Assembly: GCA_030295235.1 (NCBI GenBank)
Contig: AP026154.1
Span: 372,001-436,000 of the forward strand
Direction of reading: 5' to 3'
Source of the DNA: Fistulifera solaris
Taxonomy: Eukaryota
DNA length: 64,000 nucleotides
The translations under genes and the position numbers were made by a program. Under the pieces are notes generated by a model, which saw nothing but the letters and a program-made list of their open reading frames with translations, was not told the origin of the DNA and did no database searches. Positions 61,784-64,000 of the stretch are shown here, piece by piece (within the stretch, counting starts at the first letter, position 1; the number at the start of each line of letters is the position of its first letter).

Positions 61784-64000
61784 ATGCTGCTGTTCGATGA
61801 TGATAATGATGATTCATTACGATGGCTCACACAAGTCCATTCAACAACGCCTAACAATAGCACGAAGACGGCCATTCTACAAGACTCGGCTATTTTAAGG
61901 GATATGGGAATTGTTTATGGTTCATTACTCGTCATTGTTTTCTTTGTCTTTTGTTATGTTCGCATAACATTTCCACGACCCTATACCATTCGGAAATGGA
62001 AGGAGGAATTCCAGGTACGTAAAGTTGCCTTTTCTCATTTCTTTTACAAAATTGTATTATACATCCAATTTCTTTTTTCTTGCTTCGGTTGCAGAGTCCG
62101 TTAGCACAAAATCAATTCGGATTCGTTTCGTGGATATGGATGCTTTTTCGATTTCAGGATGACGAACTGGCCGAACATTGTGGTCTCGATGCCGTGTGTT
62201 TTCTGCGTACCTTGGCCATGGGGAAGAAGTTGTGTATGGTCGGCATGTTCAATGCTTTGTGGTTGGTACCAATTTATGCGACAGCCGAATCTTCGCCCGA
62301 GACAGACAAAATAACCGATTGGGTCGTTCGCATCACTCTATCACATGTTCCGCCCGGATCGGCGCGGTTGGTGGCAACCGTCTTGGCGGCCTATGTTTCG
62401 TTTGGGTATACCATGTATTTGATTGTACAAGAGTTTGAGTGGTTTATCGGTACGAAAACGGAATGTATAAACTAGAGTATTAGACAATTATCTAACATTG
62501 ATTGCTCTTTGACAGGGATGCGTCACAAATTTCTGCGCAAGCCGAGACCCCGCAATTACACGTAAGTTCTCGTGTGAGCGGCACAGTGCGAACCCGACTT
62601 CATGGTCTCATCTTTTCTCTGCAGAGTATACGTCAGCAATATCCCACCCGAGATACGATCCAACCAGAAGCTGGAATCTTTTTTTCGCCACTGTTTCAAT
62701 GGAGATCCGGTGGTGGACGCCCGAATCCGTGTGGTCGCGAACAAATTGTCCGGTCTGGTCACCAAACGAGATCATGTGATCGCCCAACTGGAACATGCCT
62801 TGGCGGTGGAAGACAAAACTGGAACGGCACCCACGCGTAACACGGGTCTCGTGGGGGTATTCCAGGAGTGGGCAGCGCGGCTGGGGCGATTCCGGTTCTG
62901 GGTAGCGCCGTTGCGGGAGAGCGTGTCAATTCGATTGAATGTGAGTCGTGGCGCATGTGAAAGAATGCTTACAAAACGTTGACTCAATTGTTGTATGATT
63001 GCTGCGAAATATCCAGTCTTTTCCCGTGAGCTTGCTGAACTGAATGCTGATATCTCCTATCGGATATTGCTGGTTGAGACCATGCTAAGTGAAACCGCAG
63101 CAGCGGAATCGTTGGAAGAATTCAATCCTTCTTCGAAACGATCGCAAGGACCATTCGATACCGAAGAGAACGGAACAGAATCGGACGATTTAATCACTCC
63201 AGAGACACGGGCCGAAGAAAAGATGGAAAGCGATTCCATAGACACACCTCACAGTTTTGACCCACTTTCTCGACCGGAGGGACCAGAGGAAGAACAATCA
63301 ACAGAAAATCGATCATATTCTCAAAAGACATCGAACAATAATTCGCTTCATGGTACATCTGCTCAATCTGTTCACAATGACAGTTCGAGAAGTGCAATGT
63401 CATTAGCTTCCGGCGCTACGAAAAAGGCCACAAAAGCAGTTGGTACAGTTATTGGTAATGCTAAAGGCGCCTCCAAGCTCGCCACACACGCTGTCGGATC
63501 AGCTGTAAAAATGGTTGCTGGTGCTAAAGATTATGAGCACTACTACGGAGGCTTTGTCTCCTTCAGGACACTCAGCTTAAAGTACGCAGCCTTGCAGATG
63601 CTCCACCACGGGACACCGTCCTTCATGACTGTATCTGAAGCTCCTGATCCTCAAGATGTGTTTTGGGCAAACGTAGGACGTGAATACAAGGAGCTTCAAC
63701 TGGGGCAGCTACTGAGTCGCGCGGCTTCGGTGGCAATTTGTTTTCTTTGGACTTTTCCAATGACTATCATTGCCTCGCTCTCCACAGTGGAGGGTCTGAA
63801 AAGGCAGTTTGATATTGTCGAGGATGCAATTGAAGCATTCCCAGCTTTGGAGCCCATCCTTCAGCAACTGGCTCCCTTGTTGATTGTTTTGTCAAACGTT
63901 GTGTAAGTACGGATTCTTCTTGCCGTTCTCTTTTGGATCTTGTATCTGATTCTGTGATGCAGTTTGCGGCAAATATTAAAAGCTCTCTCGATGTGGGAAG
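61784..64000 (+). CDS. OSCA/TMEM63/CSC1-like channel, paralog 3 (multi-exon, cut by the window end)
   Basis: DSAILRDMGIVYGS, HCGLDAVCFLRTLAMG, VYVSNIPPEIRSN, GFVSFRTLS and APDPQDVFWANV; closely similar to paralog 2. Confidence 0.9.

Overview
Eukaryotic nuclear DNA from a diatom, probably a pennate. The evidence is a diatom-type 18S/28S rRNA, a nucleus-encoded PsbU with an ASAF bipartite plastid presequence, and short GT-AG introns. The first 28.8 kb is a large inverted repeat. Two complete 18S-5.8S-28S rDNA units (1..8511 on +, 20321..28801 on -) converge on an 11.8 kb single-copy island. The island holds a K/R-rich protein, a Lin0512-family protein, ETHE1, a TrmK-like methyltransferase, a glutaredoxin-thioredoxin reductase fusion selenoprotein with a SECIS element, and SART1/Snu66. 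The inner end of the repeat lies inside the SART1 coding sequence. The inner ~7.5 kb of the arms is near-identical, while the upstream spacer/5'ETS has diverged. The rest of the window is ordinary gene-dense chromosome: HPPK-DHPS, uncharacterised membrane proteins, a decayed DGAT2-family gene, two tandem GT61-like glycosyltransferases, three OSCA/TMEM63 channel paralogs, a GT90-like glycosyltransferase, a bacterial-type aconitase B and PsbU. Many genes carry 1-bp frameshifts at homopolymers, most likely long-read assembly errors. All alignments and folds were done by eye.
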